DNA from: Trichormus sp. ATA11-4-KO1
Lineage (GTDB): Bacteria; Cyanobacteriota; Cyanobacteriia; Cyanobacteriales; Nostocaceae
Assembly (NCBI GenBank): GCA_019358915.1
Contig: JAHHIM010000007.1
Coordinates: 1 to 64,000, forward strand
Reading direction: 5' to 3'
Length of the DNA: 64,000 nucleotides
Part shown: positions 1 through 11,023 of the stretch, piece by piece
How the letters are laid out: each line of letters begins with the position of its first letter
How positions within the stretch are numbered: position 1 is the first letter of the stretch
Notes under the pieces: generated by a model
Told to the model about the DNA's origin: nothing
The model's input: only the letters and a program-made list of their open reading frames with translations
The model's database searches: none
Made by a program: the position numbers and the translations under genes

Positions 1-106
1 ATACGCCGAACCAACCGATGTAAATCCGGTTGTCGGTGCTGGTGATCCACTCACAAAACCGATCCCATACGTTGGCGCTGGAGCGCTGTTGTAAGGTGGT
101 TGTCAT
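1..106 (-). CDS. psbA: Photosystem II D1 protein, 5' end (runs off the window)
   Basis: Manual translation from ATG at 106: [35 protein letters not shown], a canonical D1 N-terminus; absent from ORF track. Confidence 0.97.
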   Translation of the reverse strand, partial: MTTTLQQRSSANVWDRFCEWITSTDNRIYIGWFGV

Positions 107-302
107 AGTTTCTATGATTGCAATGAGGTTTTTTAATGAAATGAATTAGACGCATTTTTGTGCGTCTGTTCTAATAAACGTAACATGTATTTACGTTCAG
201 CCAAGTATTAATTTTATTATGATTTTTGTTACAAACATTAAATTTACTTATATTGAGTCACAAATCAAAGGCGAAAGACCGCCTCTACCCTTAACAACGT
301 AA

Positions 303-1802
303 TTAAAAATCAAAGTATATATAAGGCAAACTGCCTTCAGGTGCTAACAACCACACGGCATAGAGGCATAGTGGTACGAAGACGAGCTTGACAGGCCAGT
401 TGAATTCTAACTTCAGCCTGCCATTAAAGGCATAGAGTATACCCATCAAGGCAGCTAGCATTCCTAGTAACCAAGTAAGTTGATATTGGCTCATATTCAA
501 GGCTTCCACATAAACCTTTTGAGCAAACTGTTGGTCAGCAGAATGACCCCAAAGATGTTGAATTACCCAAGAAGAATCCTGAAGGTTAGGAAGACGGAAC
601 CAAATCCAAGAGGTAAAAACCATCAGTTGGGTTAAGAACCAAGCAACAACTATACCCAGAGGATTTTGCCAGAAATGTGCTAAATTTTCATAGCGATCGC
701 TCATCACATCGGTCAGTCGATGCACTCCCAAGGCCAAGCCGTGAAATACGCCCCAAACAATAAAACCCCAAGCTGAACCGTGCCAGATACCAGCAATTAA
801 CATCACAATAAACAAATTCCCGCAGGTGCGAGTCAAACCTTGACGCGAACCGCCCAAAGGAAAATAGATATAATTTCGTAACCAATCTCCCAAAGTCATG
901 TGCCAACGCCGCCAAAATTCGGCAATACTGGTGCTGAAGTAAGGATAATCAAAATTTTCAGGTAAAACTAAGCCGAAGAGTAAAGCACTCCCACGGGCAA
1001 TGTCTACGTAACCACTGAAGTCTAAATACAACTGCAAACCATAAGCAAATGTAGCTAACCAAAGATCAGCGCTACCCGCTCGTTGCAGATTACCAAAACA
1101 TAAATCAACAAAAATTCCCAAATGGTCTGCCAAAATACCTTTTTTGACTGCGCCCCTAGCAATTAACCACAGCGCCTCTGTTACTTTATCGGTGGTGGGC
1201 AAATGCAGTGTATTGAATTGTGTAGATAGACTGTGGTAACGAGTAATTGGACCAGAAATTAGTTTGGCAAAAAATAATTTATATGTAGCAAATTTGAGAA
1301 ACTGTTCAGTAGCTGGCGCACCACGATAGACATCTACTAAATAGGCAATACACTCAAAAGTGAAAAACGAAATCCCTAAAGGTGCAATTAATTTAAAAGA
1401 TGAATCTGGTGAATTGATTTGCAGATTAAAAGCATACTTGAAAAAAGCTGGTAAATATTTAAATCCCAGTAACAATAAAACATTTAAAATTACACCTAGC
1501 CACAACAACTTCAAACGGCGACGGCTCCAATCAGCTTGGGCAAACTGCCACTCTTCATTAGAAATTTGCCAGTCAATAGCATGTTGTCCGGGTGAGGTAT
1601 TTTTGCCAATTTCTCGACCTAGACGAAAATTAATAAAAGTTAGTGCTAATAGTAATGGAATGTACTGCAAGTTTAAAGAAGCATAGAAAACCAGGCTAGC
1701 AATCAGTAACGTCCACAGCCGTAACTTTTGGTGAGTCACAGACCAGTAAATTCCTAATACACTCAACAAAAATAGTCCGTAGAAAATTGAAATGAAGTTC
1801 AT
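303..1802 (-). CDS. MBOAT family O-acyltransferase (AlgI/DltB-like)
   Basis: 499 aa, multi-TM; PLGISFFTF, LYLDFSGYVD, FWRRWHMTL, GIWHG motifs, C-terminal YIYFDF. Confidence 0.93.
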   Translation of the reverse strand: MNFISIFYGLFLLSVLGIYWSVTHQKLRLWTLLIASLVFYASLNLQYIPLLLALTFINFRLGREIGKNTSPGQHAIDWQISNEEWQFAQADWSRRRLKLLWLGVILNVLLLLGFKYLPAFFKYAFNLQINSPDSSFKLIAPLGISFFTFECIAYLVDVYRGAPATEQFLKFATYKLFFAKLISGPITRYHSLSTQFNTLHLPTTDKVTEALWLIARGAVKKGILADHLGIFVDLCFGNLQRAGSADLWLATFAYGLQLYLDFSGYVDIARGSALLFGLVLPENFDYPYFSTSIAEFWRRWHMTLGDWLRNYIYFPLGGSRQGLTRTCGNLFIVMLIAGIWHGSAWGFIVWGVFHGLALGVHRLTDVMSDRYENLAHFWQNPLGIVVAWFLTQLMVFTSWIWFRLPNLQDSSWVIQHLWGHSADQQFAQKVYVEALNMSQYQLTWLLGMLAALMGILYAFNGRLKLEFNWPVKLVFVPLCLYAVWLLAPEGSLPYIYFDF

Positions 1803-1806
1803 ATTT

Positions 1807-1840
1807 TAGTCATTAGTCATTAGTTATTAGTCATTGGTTA
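1807..1840. repeat. Heptameric STRR-type tandem repeat (TAGTCAT-like)
   Basis: tagtcattagtcattagttattagtcattggtta. Confidence 0.8.
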
Positions 1841-1863
1841 TTCCCCTTGTGCCCTCATCTCCC

Positions 1864-1912
1864 TACTCAGCACTCCCCTTCGACTTCGCTCAGGGCGAGC
1901 GCACTCAGCACT
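1864..1912 (-). repeat. 49-bp short dispersed repeat; exact reverse complement at 18253-18301
   Basis: tactcagcactccccttcgacttcgctcagggcgagcgcactcagcact is the exact reverse complement of 18253-18301. Confidence 0.9.
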
Positions 1913-4900
1913 TTACTTGATTGGCCAAGCAATCATTGGGTCATTAGCTAACTTTTTCGAGACTTCGTATGCCCCAAAGCGGTTAAGATGGCTGGGATCA
2001 GAAAAGTAATCATTAGCTTTTGGCCAAAGTTGGCTTAAGTCTCTATAAATAAAGTTAGGATTAGTAGCTAGGCGTAACATATGTTGTTGAAATTCTTGTT
2101 CATACTTTGTGCGTACTGGGTCTAAATAGTCGGCAGTCAGGGGCATATTGACAAAGACTAAAGAAATATTCCGAGATTGGGTAAACTGCAAAATTTCTTG
2201 AAAGGCAGCATCTTGTTCACCTGCTACTTGGAAATATTTATAGTCGTTGTCGTAATTTCCGGCTACTCTGGGGTGTTTTTGATAATGTTTAATGGGATTG
2301 AAACGCTCAGATAAAGCTAAAAAGCCATCAAAATCAACTGCCTGCTGAGGTATTTCTAGTTCTGTATTGTCTGTGTCGATCTGTGTCTGTGATGCAACAT
2401 TTTGTGTACTGCTAACTAAAGGTAATGCCAGTAATTGTTGATGCAATAAAGCTTGAATCTGGTCGCGGTTTTGGTAGCTAATAGAAACATTTGCTACTGC
2501 CTGATTTAACCACTTATTTACTACTTGACAATTATTATTTTCTGGTTTTTGTACTGCTTGAGTCTGAGCAACAGAATTTGTTGAAGTTTGTAGGGATTCA
2601 TCACTGCTGGTGGTTAGTGCTTTCTGTAATACCTGTTTGTAACCTTCTGATGCGGCGATCGCCTTAAATGTCACATCTTCTCGATTGCTATTAAAAGCAC
2701 GAGCACCATCTGCCCACAAAATTAGTTTTGGTAGTTCTGATGGCTCTAAGACTTGACGAATAATTAAGTCTACAACTTGTGCGGTAGCACCGTTAATCCC
2801 AAAGTTAAAAACGTCAATATTGAGATAACCTTGCTTGGCTAAAGCTTGAGAAAGTGCTACTGGGTCAATTCCCCTCAAGGCGCGGGAGGAACCAATAATT
2901 AATACATCCACGGGTTTACCTTTTTTGGCAATTCGCTGTTTGTACAATGCTAATTGCTCATCTAGTTGCCGAGAATTGAAACTAGGCATTGGCGATCGCG
3001 CTGCCAATAATATAGCTGCGGCGTTAGCTTTTTCTTTTAGTGGTGCATTTGTGAAAGTTCTGTCCTGTTTATCATCACCTTGAGTGAACCCAGAAGAGTT
3101 AAATACATTATTTTTATTTTGAGTGGATTGTTTACGTGCAGTGCTGGTAAAAAATGCTGTTCTTTCACTTTGATTTTCCTCAGATTTTAATGATGGCTCT
3201 TGGTCAGCAACAGCAGGTGTAACACTAGCGACCTGTGGCGAACTTGGTCTAGTGCGAGTGACAATTAAGCCCAAGATCCAATCAGTTTGTAAAGTGAGCA
3301 GTAATCCCAGCGTACCCCAGACTAGAGCTACCTTGAGTCCTTGAACATCATGGTTTTGCTCTGCTGATTGACCACTTTGTGTAAATATCTGCGTTCCCAG
3401 TAGCCACTTTTTTGTAGTGGTAGTCCAATCTCGTGCTACTTCCGAAACAAAACTTTGAACTTCCTCTGAGGTTAAATCATTACGTAAAACTGGTTCGTTG
3501 GTCTCATTAGTTAACAAATCACTTACGTATTCCGCAGTCGCCGCAAATTCAGGGGTGGCTTCTGGAACTAAACGTTGGCGTTGCACCAAATCTACCCCAT
3601 GATGCCAAAAAGGTTCCTTATTACCAGCCCGACGTCCGTAGATCCGCACCCCAGCAATACCAGGCATTTTTAACTGACGTAAAAACTGAGTGACTTTATT
3701 GGCTACTTGTGACCGAGCGGGGCAAATAGGAGCATCACACATGATGTGTAATAAATCCCCTTTACGTAGCAAAAGTACCCGAATACCGCCTGTTTTTAAC
3801 CGCCAATCCAAATCAGGGTTGAGTAAGCGCTCTAGTAAAAAAATGATGGCTGGTTCATCACCATCACTTGCCAATTCTAACGGCAAGGGGGCCAAGGCTG
3901 GATGCTCTGTTGCAGGTAAAGTCAGCCAGTCAATCCATGCTGGTTGCTTGTCCGAGGTTTTTTGTCCATAAACAGTAGCGGCGAGAATGCCTTGAGGGGC
4001 GATTCCTGCGAGTTGGCGGGATATCACTTCCAAGCAATGTGCTTTATCTGGTGCTGGGGCAGTTTCTAAGGGGTCAACAGCCGGGGTGCAAAAGACATGT
4101 AGAGTTGATTCTTGGAGAGAAGCTTGGACAGCAACTTGAGACTCTGACAATACCTCAGTTAATAGCCGCGCGATCGCCTGCACATCTCCCCAACGCGCCC
4201 ATTCCTTGAGCATTACCTCTGGGGGGCGCAAATCCACTCTGAGCAGCCAATCAGATGCTGTTTCACCACTGACTTGGGAAACAATCACTGCATCTTGGTA
4301 ACCAGCCAATTTCAAATGCCGTAACTGCTGGGCGATTGGTTCTGCTAGCAATGATGAGTCAGGACTATAACTCGACTGACAAAATATCCACAAGCGGTTA
4401 GCGACAGCTTGACTATGATCTTTGGGACTGTGTTGTTTGGTTTTTACTTGTACCGACACGCCCAATGGACTCAAGGTTTCACTAAGATAGCGCGCAATCG
4501 CATTGGGGTCTCCCCGCCGTGCCAAACTCTCATTCGAGATAATTAACGCCCCACCCACTTGAGTGGATTTTTCCGCATCTTCTAAGGCTTGCTCTACCTG
4601 TTCTAGATGGCGTTCCAGTTGGTTTAAATAAACCCGATGACACCATTTGGGGCGATGTTCTCCTTTCTTCCGCCCATAGACAAATACTTGGTATATTGAG
4701 GGTTGTTCGCTACTTGTAATACGATCCAAGTCTGTTTGCTGTAGTGCGTGAAGCAGGTCAGATAGAGTGTGCCAGCGTTGAGGACACTCTGAGCCTTCAC
4801 AAAGAATGTGGAGGTCATTTCCCCGCAACCGGACTTTCACCCCGAAAGAGTTGATTCCTGTTGCTTGGCTTACCCATTGCACTAGGGATTGCTGACTATC

Positions 4901-4918
4901 TAGTAATACTGTTTTCAT
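1913..4918 (-). CDS. Large membrane-anchored protein with C-terminal SGNH/DltD-like (DUF1574-like) domain
   Basis: 1001 aa; single central TM; IIGSSR, FNFGINGA and FSDPSHLN motifs; same strand and directly upstream of the MBOAT gene. Confidence 0.8.
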   Translation of the reverse strand: MKTVLLDSQQSLVQWVSQATGINSFGVKVRLRGNDLHILCEGSECPQRWHTLSDLLHALQQTDLDRITSSEQPSIYQVFVYGRKKGEHRPKWCHRVYLNQLERHLEQVEQALEDAEKSTQVGGALIISNESLARRGDPNAIARYLSETLSPLGVSVQVKTKQHSPKDHSQAVANRLWIFCQSSYSPDSSLLAEPIAQQLRHLKLAGYQDAVIVSQVSGETASDWLLRVDLRPPEVMLKEWARWGDVQAIARLLTEVLSESQVAVQASLQESTLHVFCTPAVDPLETAPAPDKAHCLEVISRQLAGIAPQGILAATVYGQKTSDKQPAWIDWLTLPATEHPALAPLPLELASDGDEPAIIFLLERLLNPDLDWRLKTGGIRVLLLRKGDLLHIMCDAPICPARSQVANKVTQFLRQLKMPGIAGVRIYGRRAGNKEPFWHHGVDLVQRQRLVPEATPEFAATAEYVSDLLTNETNEPVLRNDLTSEEVQSFVSEVARDWTTTTKKWLLGTQIFTQSGQSAEQNHDVQGLKVALVWGTLGLLLTLQTDWILGLIVTRTRPSSPQVASVTPAVADQEPSLKSEENQSERTAFFTSTARKQSTQNKNNVFNSSGFTQGDDKQDRTFTNAPLKEKANAAAILLAARSPMPSFNSRQLDEQLALYKQRIAKKGKPVDVLIIGSSRALRGIDPVALSQALAKQGYLNIDVFNFGINGATAQVVDLIIRQVLEPSELPKLILWADGARAFNSNREDVTFKAIAASEGYKQVLQKALTTSSDESLQTSTNSVAQTQAVQKPENNNCQVVNKWLNQAVANVSISYQNRDQIQALLHQQLLALPLVSSTQNVASQTQIDTDNTELEIPQQAVDFDGFLALSERFNPIKHYQKHPRVAGNYDNDYKYFQVAGEQDAAFQEILQFTQSRNISLVFVNMPLTADYLDPVRTKYEQEFQQHMLRLATNPNFIYRDLSQLWPKANDYFSDPSHLNRFGAYEVSKKLANDPMIAWPIK

Positions 4919-5181
4919 GGGCAGTTAACTTTAGTCATTGGTCATTGGTCAATAAAATATGAACTCAGCATTCAGTACTCAGCACTGGAAAAGGCAATTG
5001 GAAGTACCTGTACTTGTAAACTAGAAACATAGGCTTATCATACTTGGGAACTTTTTTTTAACAATTTTGTTACCTTATGGGCTGGCAAAATCGGCCAAGA
5101 TAGACTTGTAGGCTGGAAAGTCTCACAGATATTGAATTTTGCGTTTCATTCTACTCATTTGCCAACAACCAAGAATTAGCA

Positions 5182-5421
5182 ATGACTCCTACCACCCAAC
5201 AATCCTCACCTGAACCCGGATTTAATCTGGTTTTGTTTAGCATTCCCCAATCTTTCCTTTTACAAATAGGTACAGCGTCTATACTACTGCTGCTCACCAC
5301 AGAAAAGGCCACAGTAAAAGCCCTAGAATCTATGGGACAAGCCAGTGAAGAATTGTTTCGCGGCGATCGCCTGCCGATTCTCCCTTTCCCAAATGACAAT
5401 GAATTTAGCAATCAAAGTTAA
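5182..5421 (+). CDS. Small conserved cyanobacterial hypothetical protein
   Basis: 79 aa ending GQASEELFRGDRLPILPFP, directly upstream of ppc. Confidence 0.75.
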   Translation: MTPTTQQSSPEPGFNLVLFSIPQSFLLQIGTASILLLLTTEKATVKALESMGQASEELFRGDRLPILPFPNDNEFSNQS

Positions 5422-5522
5422 CAATTATATTTAAAACCGAGAATACTCAGGGGTAAAACCATGAGCAGAAATTGCCAAAACTAAAGATGTAAACAGTAAT
5501 CGGCTTTACAAGAGCAGAAAAT

Positions 5523-8500
5523 ATGAGTTCTCTTTTATACTCTTTGTCTCATGCGGCGAATTTTTACCCCGCGTCGGAATTATTTTTGCGTCATCGTCTC
5601 CAAGTAGTGGAGGAATTGTGGGAATCTGTACTCCGACAAGAATGTGGTCAAAACATGGTGGATTTATTGCGGCAATTGCGCGATTTGTGTTCACCAGAAG
5701 GACAAGCGACTAATGACCAAGCCTCATCTGCCGTTAAGTTGATTGAACAACTCAACATCAACGAGGCAATTCGAGCTGCTCGAGCCTTTGCTCTGTATTT
5801 TCAGCTGATTAACATCATAGAGCAGGAATATGAACAACGGCAGCAATTGACCCGCTATGTGGATGGAGAACCAGAAACAGTCATTCAGGAGGAAACTAGA
5901 TCAAATGTTACTTATTCCTCCAATCAAAATGAAGATGATCCCATTGTTAATAAAGGCATAGAAATAGATTTATGCGCCAAAAGTTGGGTGACTAAATCCC
6001 CAGGAAAACAAAAAGGTACTTTTGCTACCTTGTTTCCCCATTTATTTAAGTTGAATGTGCCACCCCAGCAAATTCAACGCCTAATTTCACAGTTGGATGT
6101 GCGCTTAGTATTTACAGCGCACCCAACGGAAATTGTGCGTCACACCATCCGCGATAAACAACGACAGGTAGTCAACCTCCTGCAAAAACTGGATGCAGTC
6201 GAAAATCGTACTGACAGCACCCTAGGGGGATATCCTTGGGAAGCAGCAGATTTGCGAGAACAACTGCTAGAAGAAATTCGTTTGTGGTGGCGTACAGACG
6301 AACTGCACCAGTTTAAACCCACGGTATTGGATGAGGTAGATTATGCCCTACATTACTTCCAAGAAGTGTTATTTGATGGCATTCCCCAATTATATAAACG
6401 CTTCAAATATGCTTTGGGGCAGACATTTGCTTGGTTAGAACCACCGAGGAAAAACTTTTGCTCGTTTGGTTCATGGGTAGGTTCAGATAGAGATGGTAAC
6501 CCATCAGTTACACCAGAAACCACCTGGCAGACAGCTTGCTATCAGCGCAAAATGGTGTTAGAGAGATACATTAAATCAGTGAAACAGCTGATTGAATTGT
6601 TGAGTGTATCGATGCACTGGAGTGATGTTTTACCAGATTTATTGGAATCGCTAGAGTTAGATCAATCCCAGTTAAGTGATGTGTACGATGCACTAGCTCT
6701 GCGTTATCGCCAAGAACCTTATCGCTTGAAACTGGCGTATGTACTGAGACGGTTAGAAAATACCCGCGATCGCAATGTAGCTTTGTACAATCGAGAAACG
6801 CCCAAAAACGAAGACACCCCCATGTATCGTTCAGGGTCAGAGTTTTTAGCAGAACTGCGATTGATTCACCGGAACTTGACCGAAACAGGTTTAAGCTGTC
6901 GGGAATTAGAAAACCTGATCTGTCAAGTAGAAATTTTTGACTTTAACTTAACTCAGTTAGATATCCGCCAAGAATCGACTCGACACTCTGATGCACTCAA
7001 TGAGATTCTGGAATATCTGCAAGTCTTGCCGCAATCTTACAACGAACTCTCAGAAGCACAGAGAGTTACTTGGCTAACCGGGGAACTGCAAACCCGCCGG
7101 CCGTTAATTCCAGCAGAATTACCATTTTCTGACAAAACCAACGATGTCATTCAAACTTTCCGTATCTTGCGATCGCTACAACAAGAGTTTGGTGTCAACA
7201 TCTGCCAAACTTACATTATTAGTATGTGTCGCCAAGTAAGCGATGTCCTAGAAGTTTTATTGTTAGCTAAAGAATCTAGACTCTTTGACCCCGCCATTGC
7301 TGTCGGGACAATTCAAGTTGTGCCCTTATTTGAGACAGTAGAAGACTTACAACGCTCTAGAAGCGTCATGCGGCAGTTATTTGAACTACCGTTATATCGG
7401 GCGTTATTAGCAGGTGGTTACGCAGCAATTGACGCCAGCCAAGAAAACATCTCCTCATCTTTGCATTTGCCTTTGATCCCCACCACTGCTTCCCCCCTCA
7501 CTCCTAACCTCCAAGAAGTAATGTTGGGGTATTCTGACAGCAACAAAGACTCTGGTTTTTTAAGTAGTAACTGGGAAATTCACAAAGCCCAAAAATCACT
7601 GCAAACAATCGCTGAAGAATACGGTTTGAATTTACGCATTTTTCACGGACGTGGTGGTTCTGTAGGTAGAGGTGGCGGCCCAGCTTACGAGGCGATTTTA
7701 GCTCAGCCGGGACACAGCATTAATGGGCGCATCAAGATTACCGAACAAGGAGAAGTTTTAGCTTCCAAATACTCCTTACTAGATTTAGCTCTGTATAATT
7801 TGGAAACAATCACTACTGCTGTAATTCAAGCTAGCCTGTTGCGGACAGGGTTTGATGATATTGAACCTTGGAATGAAATCATGGAAGAATTAGCAGTGCG
7901 ATCGCGTCAGCATTATCGTAATCTGATTTACGAGCAACCCGATTTTATCGACTTTTTCCACCAAGTCACCCCCATCGAAGAAATTAGCCAGTTGCAAATT
8001 AGTTCCCGTCCAGCGCGTCGTCCCTCTGGTAAAAAAGATTTAAGTAGCCTTAGAGCTATTCCTTGGGTATTTAGCTGGACACAAACCCGGTTTTTGCTGC
8101 CTTCCTGGTATGGTATTGGCACAGCCTTACAGGGATTCTTGAATGAAGAGCCAGAAGAACATTTGAAATTGCTACGCTACTTTTATTTGAAATGGCCATT
8201 CTTCAAAATGGTGATTTCCAAGGCAGAAATGACCTTAGCTAAAGTAGATATGCAAATGGCACATCACTACGTCCAAGAATTAGCGAACCCTGAAGACAAA
8301 GTCCGGCTGGAGAAAGTATTTGAGCAAATTGCCAACGAATTCTATCTCACCAGAGATTTAGTGCTAAAAATTACCGGACACAATCGACTTTTGGATGGTG
8401 ATCCTGTATTGCAACGTTCAGTACAGTTACGCAATGGTACGATTGTACCCTTAGGATTCATCCAAGTCTCCCTACTCAAACGCCTGCGACAGTCCCGGAA

Positions 8501-8612
8501 TATTACTGCTACTTCTGGCGTGATCCACTCCCGTTACAGCAAAGGTGAGTTATTGCGAGGAGCCTTGTTAACTATTAATGGTATTGCTGCTGGGATGAGA
8601 AATACAGGCTGA
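5523..8612 (+). CDS. ppc: Phosphoenolpyruvate carboxylase
   Basis: [33 protein letters not shown]-terminal GMRNTG. Confidence 0.99.
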   Translation: MSSLLYSLSHAANFYPASELFLRHRLQVVEELWESVLRQECGQNMVDLLRQLRDLCSPEGQATNDQASSAVKLIEQLNINEAIRAARAFALYFQLINIIEQEYEQRQQLTRYVDGEPETVIQEETRSNVTYSSNQNEDDPIVNKGIEIDLCAKSWVTKSPGKQKGTFATLFPHLFKLNVPPQQIQRLISQLDVRLVFTAHPTEIVRHTIRDKQRQVVNLLQKLDAVENRTDSTLGGYPWEAADLREQLLEEIRLWWRTDELHQFKPTVLDEVDYALHYFQEVLFDGIPQLYKRFKYALGQTFAWLEPPRKNFCSFGSWVGSDRDGNPSVTPETTWQTACYQRKMVLERYIKSVKQLIELLSVSMHWSDVLPDLLESLELDQSQLSDVYDALALRYRQEPYRLKLAYVLRRLENTRDRNVALYNRETPKNEDTPMYRSGSEFLAELRLIHRNLTETGLSCRELENLICQVEIFDFNLTQLDIRQESTRHSDALNEILEYLQVLPQSYNELSEAQRVTWLTGELQTRRPLIPAELPFSDKTNDVIQTFRILRSLQQEFGVNICQTYIISMCRQVSDVLEVLLLAKESRLFDPAIAVGTIQVVPLFETVEDLQRSRSVMRQLFELPLYRALLAGGYAAIDASQENISSSLHLPLIPTTASPLTPNLQEVMLGYSDSNKDSGFLSSNWEIHKAQKSLQTIAEEYGLNLRIFHGRGGSVGRGGGPAYEAILAQPGHSINGRIKITEQGEVLASKYSLLDLALYNLETITTAVIQASLLRTGFDDIEPWNEIMEELAVRSRQHYRNLIYEQPDFIDFFHQVTPIEEISQLQISSRPARRPSGKKDLSSLRAIPWVFSWTQTRFLLPSWYGIGTALQGFLNEEPEEHLKLLRYFYLKWPFFKMVISKAEMTLAKVDMQMAHHYVQELANPEDKVRLEKVFEQIANEFYLTRDLVLKITGHNRLLDGDPVLQRSVQLRNGTIVPLGFIQVSLLKRLRQSRNITATSGVIHSRYSKGELLRGALLTINGIAAGMRNTG

Positions 8613-8676
8613 TTAGAAAATAGGAAGTAGGGAGTGGGGAATGGTTAGAATCATCATGCCCCATACCCAATAAATA

Positions 8677-8928
8677 ATGACTAAAAATCGCATTTTAATT
8701 TGTACCTTTTTAGCTCTGACATCAGGATTATTTGGTGGTTACATCGGTGGACAAATGACATCGATGCTGCATAACCAGAAGTGTCAAAACCAACCTTGGG
8801 GTTTAAAGGTGATGTGTAATGTCTGGGTAACGCCGGGTGCAACCTGGCAAGGCAGTACAACAGGAATATGGATGGGTACAATTTTAGGAGCATTCGTTGG
8901 CGGTTCGGTAACGCGCCAACGTGATTAA
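8677..8928 (+). CDS. Small Gly-rich membrane hypothetical protein
   Basis: 83 aa, two hydrophobic Gly-rich segments. Confidence 0.65.
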   Translation: MTKNRILICTFLALTSGLFGGYIGGQMTSMLHNQKCQNQPWGLKVMCNVWVTPGATWQGSTTGIWMGTILGAFVGGSVTRQRD

Positions 8929-9108
8929 TGTTAACAGTAGCCGTTCAAACTCACCTGTACCACAAGCAACATCTAACACATTAGCCGTTGGTGAAATATG
9001 CGCCCAAGTTTTGAGAAAGGACAATGTATTGGTGATATAGCTACTCCAACGTTGGTCGTAGAAGGTTGCCATTTGGTTATACTGTTTACGAACGGTTGTT
9101 TCAGTCAT
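8884..9108 (-). pseudogene. Truncated class I SAM-dependent methyltransferase (N-terminus only)
   Basis: Motif I VLDVACGTG followed shortly by unrelated sequence overlapping the convergent ORF. Confidence 0.75.
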
Positions 9109-9137
9109 ACTGGCTTGTGGTAGGGCGGTAATTTAAA

Positions 9138-9542
9138 CTATTCAGTTGGCGTTGTCCATGATTGCAAATGGAGGAAGGGTTCCCAAGAGTTAGTACTGGT
9201 ATCAAAACAATGCCAAGTACCATCTTGAGTTTTCTGGTAGCAAAATAAAGTGCGTAGGCGTAGCCCGTCGTAGACATCGCCGCAATTAAAGTTGTCGGTT
9301 AAATAATATATGAGTCCTCGAAAAGGATAGGTTTTGCGACTCAGGCGTTTGGCTACGGCTTGATTTGGACATTCAACTATAAATACTGATTGTCTATTCA
9401 GGTACGCCAAAGAGAAGATACACATTCGTAAAATAGCCCTGAGCCAACTTTCGGAATTTTCAAAGTAATCATCGATGATTTTGTTGGTCAGAGCTTTTTC
9501 CAGGATACGCTCTTGATTATGAGGAATTTGGGCGTCAGACAT
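9138..9542 (-). CDS. Hypothetical protein with in-frame 21-bp repeat insertion
   Basis: 134 aa ORF; GDVYDGLRLR segment encoded by a repeat inserted in a HIP1 site. Confidence 0.7.
   Translation of the reverse strand: MSDAQIPHNQERILEKALTNKIIDDYFENSESWLRAILRMCIFSLAYLNRQSVFIVECPNQAVAKRLSRKTYPFRGLIYYLTDNFNCGDVYDGLRLRTLFCYQKTQDGTWHCFDTSTNSWEPFLHLQSWTTPTE
9252..9280. repeat. 21-bp SDR5-type repeat inserted in a HIP1 site
   Basis: GCG[TAGGCGTAGCCCGTCGTAGAC]ATCGC; removing the 21 nt restores GCGATCGC. Confidence 0.85.
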
Positions 9543-9707
9543 AGTATCACCTATTGCTACACCGTTGGGTTGAGATTAAATCAAAATCTCAATCAGTGAC
9601 AAGTGTATACGCATACAGAATCCAACTGTCTCAAAATTAATTTTTCAAAAATCTTTTGGTTTCAGCCAGGCTGGTAAAATCTACCTATAGCTTTGAGAGC
9701 AAATGTC

Positions 9708-10013
9708 ATGCCTGCTGAAACTAATCCAGTAAATGCCACAACCAAAGGTGCTGATGCGATTGACGAAGCGATCGCCCAGGGAATTGATTTTGATGGTTCC
9801 CCAATTCCGCCTGCAAAGCTAGAACTGTATAGCAAAGTGATGGCACTAGAGGCGAATAGACAACGTAGTGGTGTATCCAATACCATGCGATCGCGGATTG
9901 TGCGGATTGGTGCCAAACACATTCCCCAGCCAGAACTTGACCAATTGCTTATCGAGGCAGGTTTTGCACCCCTGAAAGAAAAAGAAATTGCCTTTTTTTA
10001 CGGCGGTAAATGA
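9708..10013 (+). CDS. DUF4090 / Ssr1528-family protein
   Basis: GADAIDEAIAQGIDFDGSPIP...RQRSGVSNTMRSRIVRIGAKH; ATG at 9708 preferred over TTG at 9693. Confidence 0.85.
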   Translation: MPAETNPVNATTKGADAIDEAIAQGIDFDGSPIPPAKLELYSKVMALEANRQRSGVSNTMRSRIVRIGAKHIPQPELDQLLIEAGFAPLKEKEIAFFYGGK

Positions 10014-10130
10014 GCAGAGGTGATGACAAAATCCAACAGCTAAAACTTGTTCGCATTTTGCCAAACTTAATATTCATTTTTCTGTAAACTTCTTGATTAG
10101 AAGATAGATTATTTGATGTTGATAAAATAC

Positions 10131-10156
10131 AAAGGAGGTGATTAGCCTCTTTTTTT
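10131..10156 (+). terminator. Putative intrinsic terminator
   Basis: gaggt-gatta-gcctc hairpin followed by a T run. Confidence 0.5.
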
Positions 10157-10217
10157 CTGCAAAATCATCTTACTTTGATAAATGCCCAACAACTTGTAAT
10201 CAAAATTTTCAGACAAT

Positions 10218-10475
10218 ATGTACATCCAAATTAAACCAGAACTAGAGCAATTTATTCAGGCACAGTTGGCAAGTGGTAGATTCGCTAGTGCAGATGATGT
10301 CATCAATGAAGCCTTTAAACTGCTACAAGAAAGAGAACAGAGACTTGAAAAATTACGGCAGAAAATTGCTGTAGGAACTGAACAAATTGCTAAGGGACAA
10401 GTAACTGATGGCGAAGCTGTGTTTGCTAGGTTGCAAGAAAAGATTCGTCTAATTGCTGAGGAGTCCTCTGAATGA
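10218..10475 (+). CDS. parD: Type II TA antitoxin, ParD family
   Basis: IKPELEQFIQAQLASGRFASADDVINEAFKLL; overlaps the toxin start (ATGA). Confidence 0.88.
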   Translation: MYIQIKPELEQFIQAQLASGRFASADDVINEAFKLLQEREQRLEKLRQKIAVGTEQIAKGQVTDGEAVFARLQEKIRLIAEESSE

Positions 10476-10769
10476 ATAATTATTCACTTTCAGAGGCAGC
10501 AATTAAAGATTTAGATGAAATTTGTGAATATATTGCTCGGAGTAATCCTCAAGCAGCTTCTAAGCTTTTTGATGACATTCGCGCTAAGGTGTAAATTATT
10601 AGCTAGTTTCCGCAATATGGGGAAAACTTATGGAAAGCTTGTACCAAACCTGCGCGGTTTTGTTGTGGATGACTATATTATATTTTACTATCCAAGAGAA
10701 GATGGAATTAGTGTTGCCCGTGTTGCCAGTGGTTATCGAGATTTAGAATCTTTATTTGCAGATGAATAA
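10472..10769 (+). pseudogene. parE: ParE/RelE toxin, frameshifted
   Basis: ATG 10472 gives MNNYSLSEAAIKDLDEICEYIARSNPQAASKLFDDIRAKV* (TAA 10592-10594); the C-terminal half (CKLLASFRNMGK...YIIFYYPRED...RDL) is in another frame; one extra G at 10588-10589. Confidence 0.85.
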
Positions 10770-10969
10770 TAAAAGCTACTGCTATTAATTGATTTTAAAT
10801 TAACCTATTTTTACAGCTAATGTGGAAAATAATCGAGAATTTTGGGTTTTCCAGCATCAACCAAACCTAAGAGGACATTTTATATTTAATAATGCTTAAC
10901 ACATAGTTTGATTTATTCCCGCCGACTGACTTATACCTATTTATTTTCCTAATCAAGCGAGAATCCTAT

Positions 10970-10998
10970 AAAAAAAAGACAGGCATTAGGCCTGTCGT
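10970..10998 (-). terminator. petCA terminator
   Basis: Minus strand GACAGGC-CTAAT-GCCTGTC followed by a T run. Confidence 0.8.
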
Positions 10999-11023
10999 CA
11001 TAAATATTGATTTAGCAAAGATT

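Noticed and set aside
10515..10769. 84-aa ORF as a complete toxin
   Set aside because: Its N-terminus is out-of-frame sequence; the real ParE start is at 10472 with a frameshift.
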